Counted from the first letter of the whole stretch, positions 23,599 to 36,102 are shown. The stretch: 63,257 bases of DNA, filler included, from Rhabdomonas costata (GCA_019059605.1; 49 parts of 49 records of this genome joined end to end with filler, not necessarily neighbours in it); one strand, 5' to 3'. Numbers and translations: made by a program. Notes: generated from the letters alone by a model not told the origin.

Positions 23599-23698
23599 AT
23601 ATTTGATCTCGCAGGGGGTTAGGAAGCCATGCACGTGTCCCCTAGGACAAGATATTTGATTTCACAGGGGGTTAGGAAGCGATGCACGTGTCCCCTAG
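23599..23698. repeat. Tandem pair of 47-bp direct repeats (53-bp period) just after the Merlin-like ORF
   Basis: ATATTTGAT(C/T)TC(G/A)CAGGGGGTTAGGAAGC(C/G)ATGCACGTGTCCCCTAG at 23599 and 23652. Confidence 0.9.
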
Positions 23699-23923
23699 AA
23701 AAAGGTTCACTGCTGAACGTATGCCATACATGTATTATGCAGCTCCTTGCAGATAATGCTTGCCCATTTTAGCTTTCTGTGCAGTTGCGAGGAAATGGGT
23801 GTGTGCGAGGTGGGGAGACGGACGTATGGGCCAAAGGAGAGCCAACGCGATCGGTTTGCATGCCCGACGAGGGCCCATTTGGACCATTCTCTGAAACCAG
23901 AAGGAGAGGGGATCGACGCACAC

Positions 23924-24063
23924 CACTGGGGTAAAGGCGGCCAGACGGAAGAGATGGTGGTAGGTGCTGGCCAAGTCCACCGCAGAGGCCAGCAGCAGCC
24001 CACACACGGCACAGCTCGAGGGTAGCCGGCACACCCGAGCCCCGCACTGCGGGCACCCGAAGC
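23924..24063 (-). CDS. GTF2H2: TFIIH subunit p44/Ssl1, zinc-finger exon
   Basis: GFGCPQCGARVCRLPSSCAVCGLLLASAVDLASTYHHLF matches the p44 C4 finger and LARSYHHLF motif; flanked by AG and GT. Confidence 0.88.
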
Positions 24064-24073
24064 CTTCACACAT

Positions 24074-24079
<6 letters not shown>

Positions 24080-24106
<27 letters not shown>
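24080..24106. repeat. (GA)n microsatellite in the intron's polypyrimidine tract
   Basis: Uninterrupted GA run. Confidence 0.95.
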
Positions 24107-24110
<4 letters not shown>

Positions 24111-24574
24111 GAAACCAAATCACCCGCAGAAAAACGTGCCTTGACCAAAACAACGGTAGGCAGATAACGAGGGGTCCCTTTTGCATCAGATGTTCGCCCG
24201 CAATTTTAGATGAAGTGTCATGATTGCGCTGTTCGAGACTGAGTCGAGGAACTCATCAGCTGCTGCAATGGCTCTCATTCAAAACGGCAGCATTGCATCA
24301 AAAGCGCCGAATCACTCCCTGCTGCGCAATGGGCGCACTCGCCCCGGTTCCACAGAGTGAGGGAGCGACGCACCGTGGTCCGTCACTCGGGTCTCATTGA
24401 GGTGGCACGCGCAAAGTCCCATCCCCGTCAAGGGAGCGGGGAACCCCATCGGGACCAACCCCCCNNNNNNNNNNNNNNNNNNNNNNNNNNNNNNNNNNNN
24501 NNNNNNNNTTAATTAATTAANNNNNNNNNNNNNNNNNNNNNNNNNNNNNNNNNNNNNNNNNNNNTTGTGGGTGT

Positions 24575-25715
24575 GGAGGCCTTGGTGGTGTCCTTCAGGC
24601 CGGCTAGCTCCTCGGCTAGGCGGCTCTTCTCCTTCATCATCGCGGTGTGCTGAGCCTAACAACCCACACAAGCAGATGGAGGTGCAAATCCAAGGTATTG
24701 CTAATGATGCAAGCCAGGGAATTTGCTGAGAGGAAGCAGACCTGAGGTACTTTGCTGGTACAGTAGGTATGACTCCCAAAGTAGCCCACTCAGCGTGCCC
24801 AGTCGGGCTTTTTATCCAGGTACACCAGGGCACCCCACAACAAATGACGTCATGACGATAAACAGGGCCCAGGAACGTCGTGCTCGAGGCAATCCCACAA
24901 AGCGGGTTGAGATAGGGGCTAATTGCCATGAGTCCATTACTCAGAAATCACTCCGGCAATCCAACATTTGGTGTTGTGGTGGCATGCCGCCGGAGTAACC
25001 CCCATTTGAGAACAGTAATCCTGCTGTGCAGCGAAGGAATGTGGAGCCGATGCGGGAGTGTGAAAAATGTCAGGCCCTCGAATAACCTTAACCTCTTCAA
25101 GCCATGCCAATCCCTCCAATACTTACAAACCATGAAACTGAATTTTCTTCACGAGTCTTCACGTGCCTATATCCCGCCTGCCGCACCAGCTTCTCGGTAG
25201 CTTTCATCAACATACAAGAACGCATACTGGAGGTAAGTCGAAGCCCCAACACTGTCTGCGATGGTATTCTTCCGTTTCTTTTTTGAGGAGTACGGAATTA
25301 ATGATCGAAGCGAAGCCACAGCAGGCTTGGACAGGGAGAGCAACAGCAGACTTCCAAAAACTCCCACACGGGTCCAGGGTCCAGTGATTCCACCCGCCGC
25401 TCGTGTGTTCTATGTTCTATCCCACGGAATGCTTTAGAAATCCACCTCCCAGAACGCCCCATCGGAAAAGAGAGGGATGAGGGAGGGAAGGGCCTGGAGC
25501 TTCGACAGCTTCTCCGTCAGTGCGGCCTTCTCCTCCTCCAGCTTGCGTTCCGTCTCTGAGGGACCCGCGGGCCCGGGTGCTGGGACAGGGGCGGCACCCA
25601 GAGGGGTGAGCTGTGCTCCCAGGGGGGCCTTCGCCGCCAGCAGCCCCGTAGTGGGGGCCAAGGGGGCGATCGCCTTCCCCGCCTGCAGGGCCTTCTCCAG
25701 GTTCTCCGCAAGGAC
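24575..25715 (-). CDS. Coiled-coil protein, possibly LZTFL1/BBS17-like; exons 25715-25494, 24655-about 24575
   Basis: VLAENLEKAL..LAP..ETERKLEEEKAALTEKLSKLQ|AQHTAMMKEKSRLAEELAGL resembles the LZTFL1 central coil as I recall it. Coiled-coil similarity is weak evidence. Confidence 0.5.
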
Positions 25716-27460
25716 CTGGGGCCATGAGACCACACGGTATGTCCCTCCCACACACCCNNNNNNNNNNNNNNNNNNNNNNNNNNNNNNNNNNNNNNNNNNN
25801 NTTAATTAATTAANNNNNNNNNNNNNNNNNNNNNNNNNNNNNNNNNNNNNNNNNNNNGGTGGTGCCGATTGCTGATGAGTGTGATTTCGGCTGACATGGA
25901 GTACCTTGCGTTGAAGGCAGCACGACGGTGGGCAGTCTGGACCATTCCCTTTTGGCATCAGAGGTGTAATATAACGAGATGGTTGTTTGTGGGCTTCCTG
26001 GTCTCAAGGACTCCGATTACCTGGGTGCCTGCGCAGAGTCGATGAGTGGGGAGCATGCTGCAAACAGCACTTTGAGACTTTTCATCACGTTTGCAGTGGA
26101 GGGGAGCGGGTGAGCTGATTGTGCAGCGGCAGGGTCCAAGTGGGCCTGAGCTCTGATGGCCTGTCAGTTCAGCGGTGACACTGGTGTCACCAGTAATCCG
26201 ACAAGACCGCAAAGTAGTCGGAGTCGTGTCACATCCAGGCGTTCGGCGATAAGATGGGGACGATCTGTCGGGCAGAGCTCCCGACGAACTCGCCCTCACC
26301 GCTCACCTCCTCGCAAGTGAGCTCGCGTGCAGGCTTGAAAGTGATCACAAAAACCAATATCATGATTGAACCGTGCACATGTCGACACAAGACATCCTCG
26401 TCAAACCCCTTCTGCTGCCCGACCTCACCACAGAAGCCGTTCCAACCTTCCATTGCCTCCGTACGTTGATCGACGCGATTTCAGCGGGGTGGTCGTTGTC
26501 GACACTCCATCCAATCGCAATATTCACGTAGTTGCCAGTAGCTCAGGCAGTACTGTCGGCACTCCTTGCTCAGGGGAACGGGGGACTGTGCTGCCCACCA
26601 CACCATGCAGTGTAGCTATTCCTCATTAAATGGCAGAAGACATGGCAGCAAAGCACGCACTGCATGTTGCGACGCACACGCACGGCACCTCACTGAACGA
26701 CCAAACGTAACCGCCCACACAGAGACCTGAACGGACCCGCCTTACCAAACCACCAAACCGAGCGCAAGTGGGCGAAGACAGCGAATCGTTCATTCATTCG
26801 GTCGTTCCCTACACTCCCAACTTCAGTGCACACCGACACACGCATCGCAATCATGCACAGAACACACACAACATGCACAAAACGCTTCCCATATATCTCT
26901 GCGTCTGTATACCCCACACGAGACCCTCTTTGCATTTTCACATCTCATTCATCAAGGGCACTTGATAATGAAAATTTTAAAGAATTTAACTTTTCCCATT
27001 ACTGAGGAAAACAGCCCCACCAGGACCGCTCCCATTCTTCACCACCACAANNNNNNNNNNNNNNNNNNNNNNNNNNNNNNNNNNNNNNNNNNNNTTAATT
27101 AATTAANNNNNNNNNNNNNNNNNNNNNNNNNNNNNNNNNNNNNNNNNNNNTGGGAAGTGGCCGGCTTTGTGTGTAGGATGTTTGACCTGGTAAGTGCAGC
27201 TTGGGTTTTGTGTTTTGTGAGCGGGTCGATTTATCCCTTCAATGTAAGGCACTCGTCTGCCCCCCTATCACTTGGCAGTATTCTGTTATTGAAAGGGACG
27301 ATCATCAGCACGTTTTCCAAGAAAAAGTTAGCGCAGTTGCTGCTGATGTTCGGGTAATTGGACTTTGACTTTGAATGAGTGAGTGAATGAACGGTTCAAA
27401 TGAATCCCCATCCTTTTTAATGTGTTCAATTCTGTTTATCTCTGTCTTTGCCGTTTTCAG

Positions 27461-28282
27461 GCGGGCTTTGAAGCGGATATTTTCCCCAACGTTCGTGCCC
27501 TTCAACGGGAGCGCCGCAAGTTTGTTGTGGAGCAGGCTGGTGCTCTACTCGCGGCACGGGATGTCTCCGCAACGAAGGTGCAGCGCACTCCGATGCACCA
27601 GCACTCTTCGTGTCCTGGCAGGCCTTGCTTGTTTTTTGAACGAGGGGAGGGCAGGGGGTGACTTTTATTTCACCATCACGAAAGCTCGAACAATACTTTT
27701 GGGAAACAGGGACCTGCCAGTTTTGATTAAATCTTGCCTTAACCATGAACGAACGCTACGCCGGAAGGCGGTACTGAGGGAAAACTCTTGTTCTTTGTGT
27801 GAAATGTGGCAAGTGCAGCACGAATCCGATGCAGACTTCTTCCGTTGCCACCTGACAAGCAGTGCACTGATGGATCCCAAACCCTCCATTGATCTGCACC
27901 TTTGCATGCCTTTCTTGTGTTGTTTGATACCTCGAGTCGCAGTTGCCCGGACTCCAAGGTTTTCCGAATAAAAACTGCTTCGCGGCAATGCCCCCACACG
28001 CACCTATTCCACACTCCCCCGCAGGTACAGTCCATATGGAGGGGTATAGCTGCGCGGCGGCGGCTCGCTCGACGCTACCCAGCCGCGGACCGCGGCCCTC
28101 CGGAGGGCACCATGTGGACCATGGAGGAGCTGGCGCAGCGCAGCCCCGAGGCTGGGGAGAACCTCGCCGCCGTCTCTGGACAGGTGGTGCGAAGGTTTCT
28201 CGCGGATCAGTGGCAGCAGCTGAGAGCCATGGAGGCGGTCACAGTTGGCGAGAAAGTGAAGGACGTGGAGAGACGCGCCCAG
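27461..28282 (+). CDS. IQ-motif protein, partial; exons 27461-27577, 28025-28282
   Basis: Spliced SATK|VQSIWRGIAARRRL fits the [IV]QxxxRGxxxR calmodulin-binding motif. Confidence 0.75.
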
Positions 28283-30279
28283 GTACCTTTCTCGTCTTCA
28301 TGCACGGGGGCTGTCACCCAAGCCTGGATGCACCCCACACAATNNNNNNNNNNNNNNNNNNNNNNNNNNNNNNNNNNNNNNNNNNNNTTAATTAATTAAN
28401 NNNNNNNNNNNNNNNNNNNNNNNNNNNNNNNNNNNNNNNNNNNGGGGTTGTGGAGGGAAGTGCGTGTGTGCGTGTGTGAAGGCCGAAATTGCGGTAAACG
28501 TGGGTGACGGGCATGCCAAGAAAGCGTAGACCGAGGAAGAGTGAACAAACCAGGGATATCAAAGAGTAGGTTCTAGTTGCGCACGTCGAGAACACCACAG
28601 CGAGGAGGAATGGATGGAGAGGTGCGCGGGAAATGGCATCGAAACATTGGAAAAGGGAGCAAAGATAAAATAATGGAAAGACACGGAAGATAGGTGCTCA
28701 GCCATATTCAATCAAAACAGCCATACAAAACAACGTAATCATTCAAGAAAACGTGATTCTTCATTAAATCATCACGGCACTGCGGCACAGGCACAAGAGT
28801 TCGTGAAGAGTCCGGGGTGCAACAGAAATGAACAAGCAATTTACAAGAAGGACCGCGAGAGAGATTTGCAGGGGGAAAACTAAACAAAAGAAACAAAGAC
28901 TACAAAGCAAAAAATACATATAAATACAAAGACTGAAACAGGATAGGAATGTGACGGTGATATGTTAAATCATGTTCTGCACTTTCTGAGTGAGGCTTCT
29001 GCTTCGTCCCTTGAAGCAACCAAGCACGGAAGCGCTGGGTATCAGCTGGATGGCGTCTGGGAGCTGTTTCACAAAAGGTAATTCCCCAGAGGCCCGTTCC
29101 GGGTCCTCATCGTACTCCTTGATGAATGGCAAGGCGTGGGAAGAATCTAATCGAAAGAAAGCAAACCATGCTCGCTATGGCCTGGTCGCTGGCGCACCCC
29201 ACTAGCCGCGCCGTAGAGCCGTTGAAGCCCACGCCGTCAGTGAACACCCCAAAACGGTAGTCCCACTCCGGGCTGAAAGTTGCCAGTGCGGAGGTCAGAA
29301 CCTGAGTGGTGCCTGCTTCCCCCTATGATCAAAGGAAAAAAGGGCCCGACTTTCCACATATGGCTGGTCCAAAAAGTCGCCACCACCCCCAACACCACCT
29401 GACAGGTATCTGACTGAACTTGAATCCGAGCGTTAAGCTTAGCAGCAGGCATCCTGCTAGATGATTGGTCACCACAAGTTTGAAGTTGCACTGTGCTTTG
29501 CCATCACCGCAGCACTAATGAATTCAAGGATACCCGCTCCCGATCAGCAATACCCGGGAATCCCCCCCCACATTTTCTTTCAGTGAAAAGTGCACCGCCC
29601 CAACCAACCCCAAGGAGGGCCTTCCCACCCGACAGCNNNNNNNNNNNNNNNNNNNNNNNNNNNNNNNNNNNNNNNNNNNNTTAATTAATTAANNNNNNNN
29701 NNNNNNNNNNNNNNNNNNNNNNNNNNNNNNNNNNNNTTGTTTGGGTAAAGTCGTGATTCGGTTGGTTGCAATAGCGGCAAACCGCGGGGAGGGGTCCCCT
29801 TCCTCGAAGTAGGTGTAGTTCATGTTGGGATAAGCATGCACCCTCGTTTCGTTACGGGACCCGCGCCACGCGCAGCGCCCTTACTTGTGATGTAGAGAAA
29901 ATGAACCTAGGTCGGAGGTTTGGCTTCAAAAACACTTTTTTTTTGCACTTTTTGCGCTTCTCATTTTCGGTCCCGTTAATTTTCATTTTTTTTCCCAGCC
30001 TTCCCAGCCCTTTGTCCAACCGATCGAGCTTTGTCATTGTCTTTCCACCTCGCCCCGTACGACGCGGTCACTGTCCGATCAAAGGGAAGTACGGCTGAGC
30101 ATTCTTACGCTCGCCTCTCCCGCGTATCTGAGGTCGAGCTTTGCCTCTCGCACGCCTACAAGCAGAAACCGCGTTACCGTGTCATTTCAACGGTAGGGGG
30201 GCCTTCTGTCTCTCCTCTGCGGGTTTGACAGCGGCGGCGGTCCACAACGTCGCGTGGCGCCCACTTTCCCTAAAAGCAT

Positions 30280-30930
30280 TGACAAAACTCGAAATGAAAA
30301 GGGGCTTAAAATGTGTGTATCTCGTTACCCCCTTCCCCCGCCGGTCAATGTTGGACCCGAAAAAGTGCAGTGCCGGGAGGGACATACTACCACCATAGTT
30401 TCCGATCCAACATTGACCATCAGGGGGGGGGTGTCGAATTTTTGGTCAAATGCCCTAAAATGGGGCAAACCCAAGCAAAATGGGTCAAAAATAGGCCAAA
30501 CAGGATAAAAAAAAGCCCAAATCATGGCCCAGGCGCCATTGTCGGCGGAAGTGGAGTATTTTCAAAACGCTTCTTCGTGCTAACCAATCATTATCGGGTG
30601 GGAACAGGACCTGAGAAGCGTTTGCACGCGAGAAGGTGAATTATTGTCCATTTTTTCCATAGCGATGGCCCCTTTTTAAATCGAGTTTTGTCATATAAAA
30701 TGGTCGAAACCAGCAAATACCCCGCTGGGGCACGCTGTTTTCATATTTTCCGATCCAACATTGACCACAAGGGGGCAGGGAGGTCGAGTTTGTGTAGAAA
30801 ATCACTTAAAATGCCCCGGGCAAAACGGGCAAAATGGGCATATAAAGGGCAAAATGGGCATAAAAAGGGCAAAATGGGTCAGAAATACCAAAAACAGGCG
30901 AAATAGGCCAAAAACAGGCGAAAAACGAGC
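30280..30930. repeat. MITE-like dispersed repeat, copy 1 (30280-30708), plus a second partial internal unit (about 30745-30930)
   Basis: Colinear with 37781-38242. Bounded by the inverted repeat TGACAAAACTCGA..AAAAGGGGC / GCCCCTTTT..TCGAGTTTTGTCA; non-coding. Confidence 0.85.
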
Positions 30931-32117
30931 NNNNNNNNNNNNNNNNNNNNNNNNNNNNNNNNNNNNNNNNNNNNTTAATTAATTAANNNNNNNNNNNNNN
31001 NNNNNNNNNNNNNNNNNNNNNNNNNNNNNNGGGGGGGTGGGGGGCGCGAAAAGGCCGTTGTGGGAACGCCGCGGACTCGTGGCCCATCCATAGTTGTGAC
31101 CACTTCTCCAGCGCTAGCCGCAACCTGGAGCAGTTGCAAAGGTTCTGGGAATGTTGGACCTTCAGAGCCTCCAACCGATGAGCTGCGCCCAGGCGGTGGG
31201 GGCAGGCGACTGGAGACACTGAGACTGGCAAAGGGTGCACAGCGTGAACAAGAAAGGTGGACATCGCAAGAGCGCAAAATTCAGAGATATTCGACCACCA
31301 CCGGCATACTTCTGAATTTTGCGCTGGGCTTTCTTTATATCGGACCGAATTCAACAAGACCCAAACGGCACTCGAAAAGGAAAAAAGCTTTCCAAAGCTC
31401 ATTCCGGGAAAGCAAATACATTGTAAGCTGCAAAGAATACTATCAAAGTTGGGTGTTACGCATACATAACACCCAACTTTGATAGGTTTTGAGCCCCACT
31501 GTGTAACCGCATGTACCGGTTTGATGAGGAAAGAGCTGCTATTTAGACAGACAGCCACGGCGCGGCTTTGCTTATTTGTTACTTTTGTCTTTCCCATCCA
31601 AATTTGAGCAGACAAGAATTCCATAAAAAAGTTCATTTCAAGGCGAATGAACGAATTGTCGGTACAGCCGCAGCAAACCAACGGTCAGGAGCCTCAACAT
31701 CTGGCAGGCTTTTTTCGTTTTCCTCGCGATGATTCCAAGGTGAGTTGTTATCTGAACGGAATGAATGACCAAAGCATTCTGAGCAAGTTCCTTGTTCTGT
31801 GTTTGGGAAGGCAGGGGGAGTCGTGCGAACCCTCCTACAGAAGGAGTCTCAAGCGTTGGGCTGCCTTGTCGGCGTCTTACACGGGTGCGCGGCACCAGGG
31901 CCTCCGATCTCGTCAAAGTTCGTCTCTGCCCCCCGAGGCTAAGCCCAACCCAAGCCGGGAATGGGAAGGCCGAAGGCAAAGCCTCACGCATTTCCGGAAG
32001 CGTTCACCAACCCGCTCGAATTTCTGAACGGCGTGCCCTTCCGAGAAGATCACGAAGTAGTTCCCAGGGAGAGCGTGTGTCTAACGTCTAACGGTGTGAC
32101 CGCCAGGATTCATCGGT

Positions 32118-32210
32118 TCTGCTCTGCCCTCCCTCCCCCGTGCTGCACGACACGGTGGTGGCGGTGAAGGGTGGGTCTGAGCATCCCCATCCCCACCATG
32201 AACGGCATCC
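32118..32210. repeat. Short dispersed repeat shared with 36467-36561
   Basis: CCCTCCCCCGTGCTGCACGACA..GGGTGGGTC..CACCATGAACGGCATCC occurs in two unrelated contigs. Confidence 0.85.
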
Positions 32211-33642
32211 AGAAACAAAACAANNNNNNNNNNNNNNNNNNNNNNNNNNNNNNNNNNNNNNNNNNNNTTAATTAATTAANNNNNNNNNNNNNNNNNNNNN
32301 NNNNNNNNNNNNNNNNNNNNNNNTTGTGTGGGTTCTGAGGCCCGTTTTGGTGGTACCCGGTGTTATTTTGTTATTTTACCTTCCTAACTACTGCGAGGCC
32401 TGCCGACCTCCTCTCTTCATTGACGGATTGAGGATCCCGTAAATCTCTTTTTGTAGAGATCCCTGCAAACTGCATGGTTGAGATCGCTTTGAATTCCGGT
32501 TGTACGCGCTGCCACCAACCATCGGATAGTTTCTTTTATTGCACTGACGTTTTTACTTGCGGAAATCAGTTGGTTCCTGATCTTTTTCGTGCTCTTTTTT
32601 ATCTTCATCGTGGTCTTTCCTGCGTGGCAATGCTCGCCCAAGGGCAATTAACTCCCGATGACGGGAGGCTGGTTCCTCCACAGGTACCCTATCTTGTTTT
32701 GTGTTTGGTTACCCGATGGAAATGCACACAGTGGTTCCAGCCCGCACTCTTCTGCGCTCCCGGACCATTGGGGTGGTAACCACGGTCTTCGACCAAACAA
32801 CTGACCCTGACCCGTAATCCGCTGCAAACCAAGTTGCCAGAAAAGATAGAAAGTGCAAGCTTCACTTTGGAAGTTGAGAAGCGGTTGCTTTGAGTCACGT
32901 TGCGGTTTGGAGCCTTCGTGAATCCGGGAGCAGGTCCTTGTACTGATTTGCCTGGATTTTGGGGAATGAGGGGTATAGGGAATGTGGGTTATATTTGACA
33001 TCCAATTGTTGCCCGACGTTCTTCAGGTTTCACCTCCCATAAGAAAGATTTTGAAAAACCTCCATACTGACTCAAGAAACTCGCTGTTATTGTCGCACAC
33101 CTGGCCATCCTTGATGGCCATGTAGGTTTGTACACATGCATATGGGTGCGTCTCTCCTCGTTTTCTTCTGGTTGGGGTGCGCTTTAGCTACGCAGCAGCT
33201 TTCTCCGCGGAGACGGCTCCCCTGGGGTATTGTTGACTCCCTGTCCAGTTGGCTCTGCAGATCCCCAACACCCCGCAGGGACTGTTCCGCCCACGGGAGG
33301 GCAGGTCACTTCTCACTTCTCTTTTTCTGCTGAGCGAGGAATTATTCCTGACGGATTGCAACCTATAAGCGGCAGTGCAACCGTTCATTTGATCGTCCGT
33401 CCCTTTGGATTTAAAGATGTCGGAAGACCCTGACAAACTTTTCTTTAGAAGTTTTCTTTAAATTATCTTGAATCGCAAGCGAAGACAGTCACATTTCCTG
33501 ATAATGCCCCACAAACNNNNNNNNNNNNNNNNNNNNNNNNNNNNNNNNNNNNNNNNNNNNTTAATTAATTAANNNNNNNNNNNNNNNNNNNNNNNNNNNN
33601 NNNNNNNNNNNNNNNNTTTTTGGGTGGTCATACACGGCATAC

Positions 33643-34744
33643 CCACGGGGTCCTGCTGCACCCATACGTTGCAGCGCTCCAGCCCAAGCTCCTGCGCCGT
33701 CCCCCGGAGGCCGACAAAGACAATCACCGATGAGTAGGATGGTTGCGCGTCCTGCAAAAACCTGTGGCGGAAAGGTTGGAGCCAAAGATGGAATTCATGG
33801 GAAGATTCGTGCGAATCAGTTGGCAGTTGGCAGTAGCCGTAGTTATCTCGACAATTCGGAATGGCTTTTCCTTCCACGAGAGGAAGGCATACAACGTTAA
33901 AGATTTCCAATATGCATAATCAAAACAAAGCACCACATGGTTTAGAGCACTTCATTGCATATTGATAACCGCAACACCATTGCATCCTCGTAATTAAGGC
34001 GCTGCACGCGAATAGGTGTTGGTTTCACCTTATTGTTGGGTTCCGGCACCCCTGGGCTCCACCTTGCCCCGGGATCAATGGCCAACCTTTGGGCGGCGCC
34101 TCCCCGACTCCGGACGGCGTTGGGGCTTCCAGTCAGGAGGGAACTTGCGTAGCCCTTTCACATCCTCCAGAGCCGACGTGCTGTCTCCGTCTTCAGGCAC
34201 AAGAGTATCCCTTCTCCTTCTTCTGACGCTCCACTCCAGTGCTGTTCACCACCGGCATGCGATGGAGGTCAAGAGGTCACGCCCGCCCATCCGCCGTCTT
34301 CTCATATGCCTTTCCTCACACGTCCCGCAGCGTTTCTGTTGCCTTCAGTTTTCTTTACCGTGTTTGCCGCGACTGCGGGGAGAAAACAAAAGTTTCCAAA
34401 GGAAACTAGCAAAACTAGCCTTTCGTGATGTTGCTGAACGACAAGGAGAGCCTCCCGATGGCCTCTTGGCCTGCTGACGGCCAGCGAATATATCAATAAC
34501 GCGAGCCTTGAGGGTGCAGTGGCAGCAACAAAAAAGCCTCCCCCCTTTGCAACACCCCAAGACCGAACCTGTCCAGAGGGAAGAAGGGGCGGACATCCAT
34601 GTCCGGGTTGAGCAGGCGGCAGTACGTGTTAATCACGCCGACATCAGACACCACGGTGGGGGCAGGGATCTGAGTACCGTCCTCCATCTCTACCCCCCAC
34701 ACGCGCCGCCCCCTGCCACAGCCCTGCACCAGAATCCGCGAAAC
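33643..34744 (-). CDS. RETSAT/phytoene-dehydrogenase-like FAD oxidoreductase, partial; exons 34744-34595, 33751-about 33643
   Basis: VSRILVQ..VWGVEMEDGTQIPAPTVVSDVGVINTYCRLL and PSYSSVIVFVGLRGTAQELGL..CNVW are collinear with retinol saturase family motifs. Confidence 0.82.
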
Positions 34745-34913
34745 CTGAACGAGCAAGCAGTTCCCTTTCTCTCGACCCTGTCCCAACCGCTGGACGGACT
34801 CACATCCATNNNNNNNNNNNNNNNNNNNNNNNNNNNNNNNNNNNNNNNNNNNNTTAATTAATTAANNNNNNNNNNNNNNNNNNNNNNNNNNNNNNNNNNN
34901 NNNNNNNNNGGTT

Positions 34914-36102
34914 GTGTGTCAGTGTAAAGTTGCAGGGTTTTCTCGTAGCTGCTGCGAACGTGCTGCACAAACTGTTTTGGAGGAACTCTTCCCACTGCTA
35001 GAACGATGGGCTGCTTCCCTCCCGCGTTTTTTGCAACTGCGCTTTCTTCGACCTGCATTGAAGAATGTGTATGACGCCGGATTTTTGTTTCTGCAGATTG
35101 ACCGCAACCCGCAGAGACTTATTGCTCTGTGTCGTCATGCCTGGTTCGAGCTTCACTGTGATACATTTCTTACTCTTCGGTACCAGGTGACCTCCTGCCC
35201 ACCCTGTTCTTTGAATAGTGCCTGGGAACAGCAGACCATAGATTCATTGAAGCAGCTGTTTGCTCGCAGAGGACTCAAGTTGTGGCCTTTCCGCCTGCCT
35301 TCCATATCATCCCGCCCCTCTGCTCATTTTACCATCAAACAGAAAAGCACCCTCTCCAGCTCACCTCCGCAGGTCAAGCTTCGCCCTATTGTGGCTCACC
35401 ACCTTCACCCACTGCGTGGCGTCCTTCGCAGAGCTGGACGTGCGTTGTCCCTTTTGGTGAAGGGCGCCATTGAGGTGGTAAGGTCCTTTCATCCCCTGCA
35501 CACGCCAATGTGGCAACTGCATGTGGGCACTGCCACCTGGTTGGCTGCGCTGGCCAAGTCCGACGTTTGCCTGGGAGAAGTTGCTGAGTTCGACGTTTCA
35601 GACTGTTTCCTGAATACGTCGCGCGACCTAGCTGCTCCTGCTGTGGACTTTTGGGTTGGTCGCCTCAGGCGGCGGGGGCCGCTTTTCTTCTCCATCTCCA
35701 AGGACTCGTCGGATGCGGATTACCTGGGAAAGTCCTTCTCCCCACACTTCTGGTGCTTGTCTGCTACGGAGCTTCTTTCAGTGGTGGAGTGGGAGCTGTC
35801 CCACAACGATTTGTTTGAGTGTGTCAGCGCCATGGCGGAGCGGCCACTGGTGCTGAAGCAGGTGGTCGGGCTCCCGATGGGAGGGCATCTCAGTGCTGCT
35901 CTGGTGGAGCTTGTTGCGTTGCAGCGGGAACTGTTGCAGCCATGGCCCTCCGTGCTGACTGGGCTCCCTTCGGCCCGATATCGCGATAACTTCTTTGTTG
36001 CGGTACCGGCGCCCAGGCTTGCATCAGTGCTGAGTGGTGGCGCTGCTGCGTTGACTGAGCTGCTGGGGATGCCCGTGAAGCTTGAGGGGTCCTCGCAGCA
36101 GC
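34914..36102 (+). mobile_element. Penelope-like element RT (Naiad/Chlamys-like), uninterrupted partial ORF with motif C YRDN
   Basis: Order of motifs: CQC; FLFLQIDRNPQRLIALC (DK-box equivalent); IKQK..KLRPIVA; EFDVSDCFLN (A); KQVVGLPMGGHLS (B'); RYRDNFF (C). Intronless with no stops. Confidence 0.85.

Noticed and set aside
28981-28992. ACTTTCTGAGTG, matching the start of the Euglena spliced leader as I recall it
   Set aside because: Only 12 nt match; the rest of the leader and its GT donor are absent.
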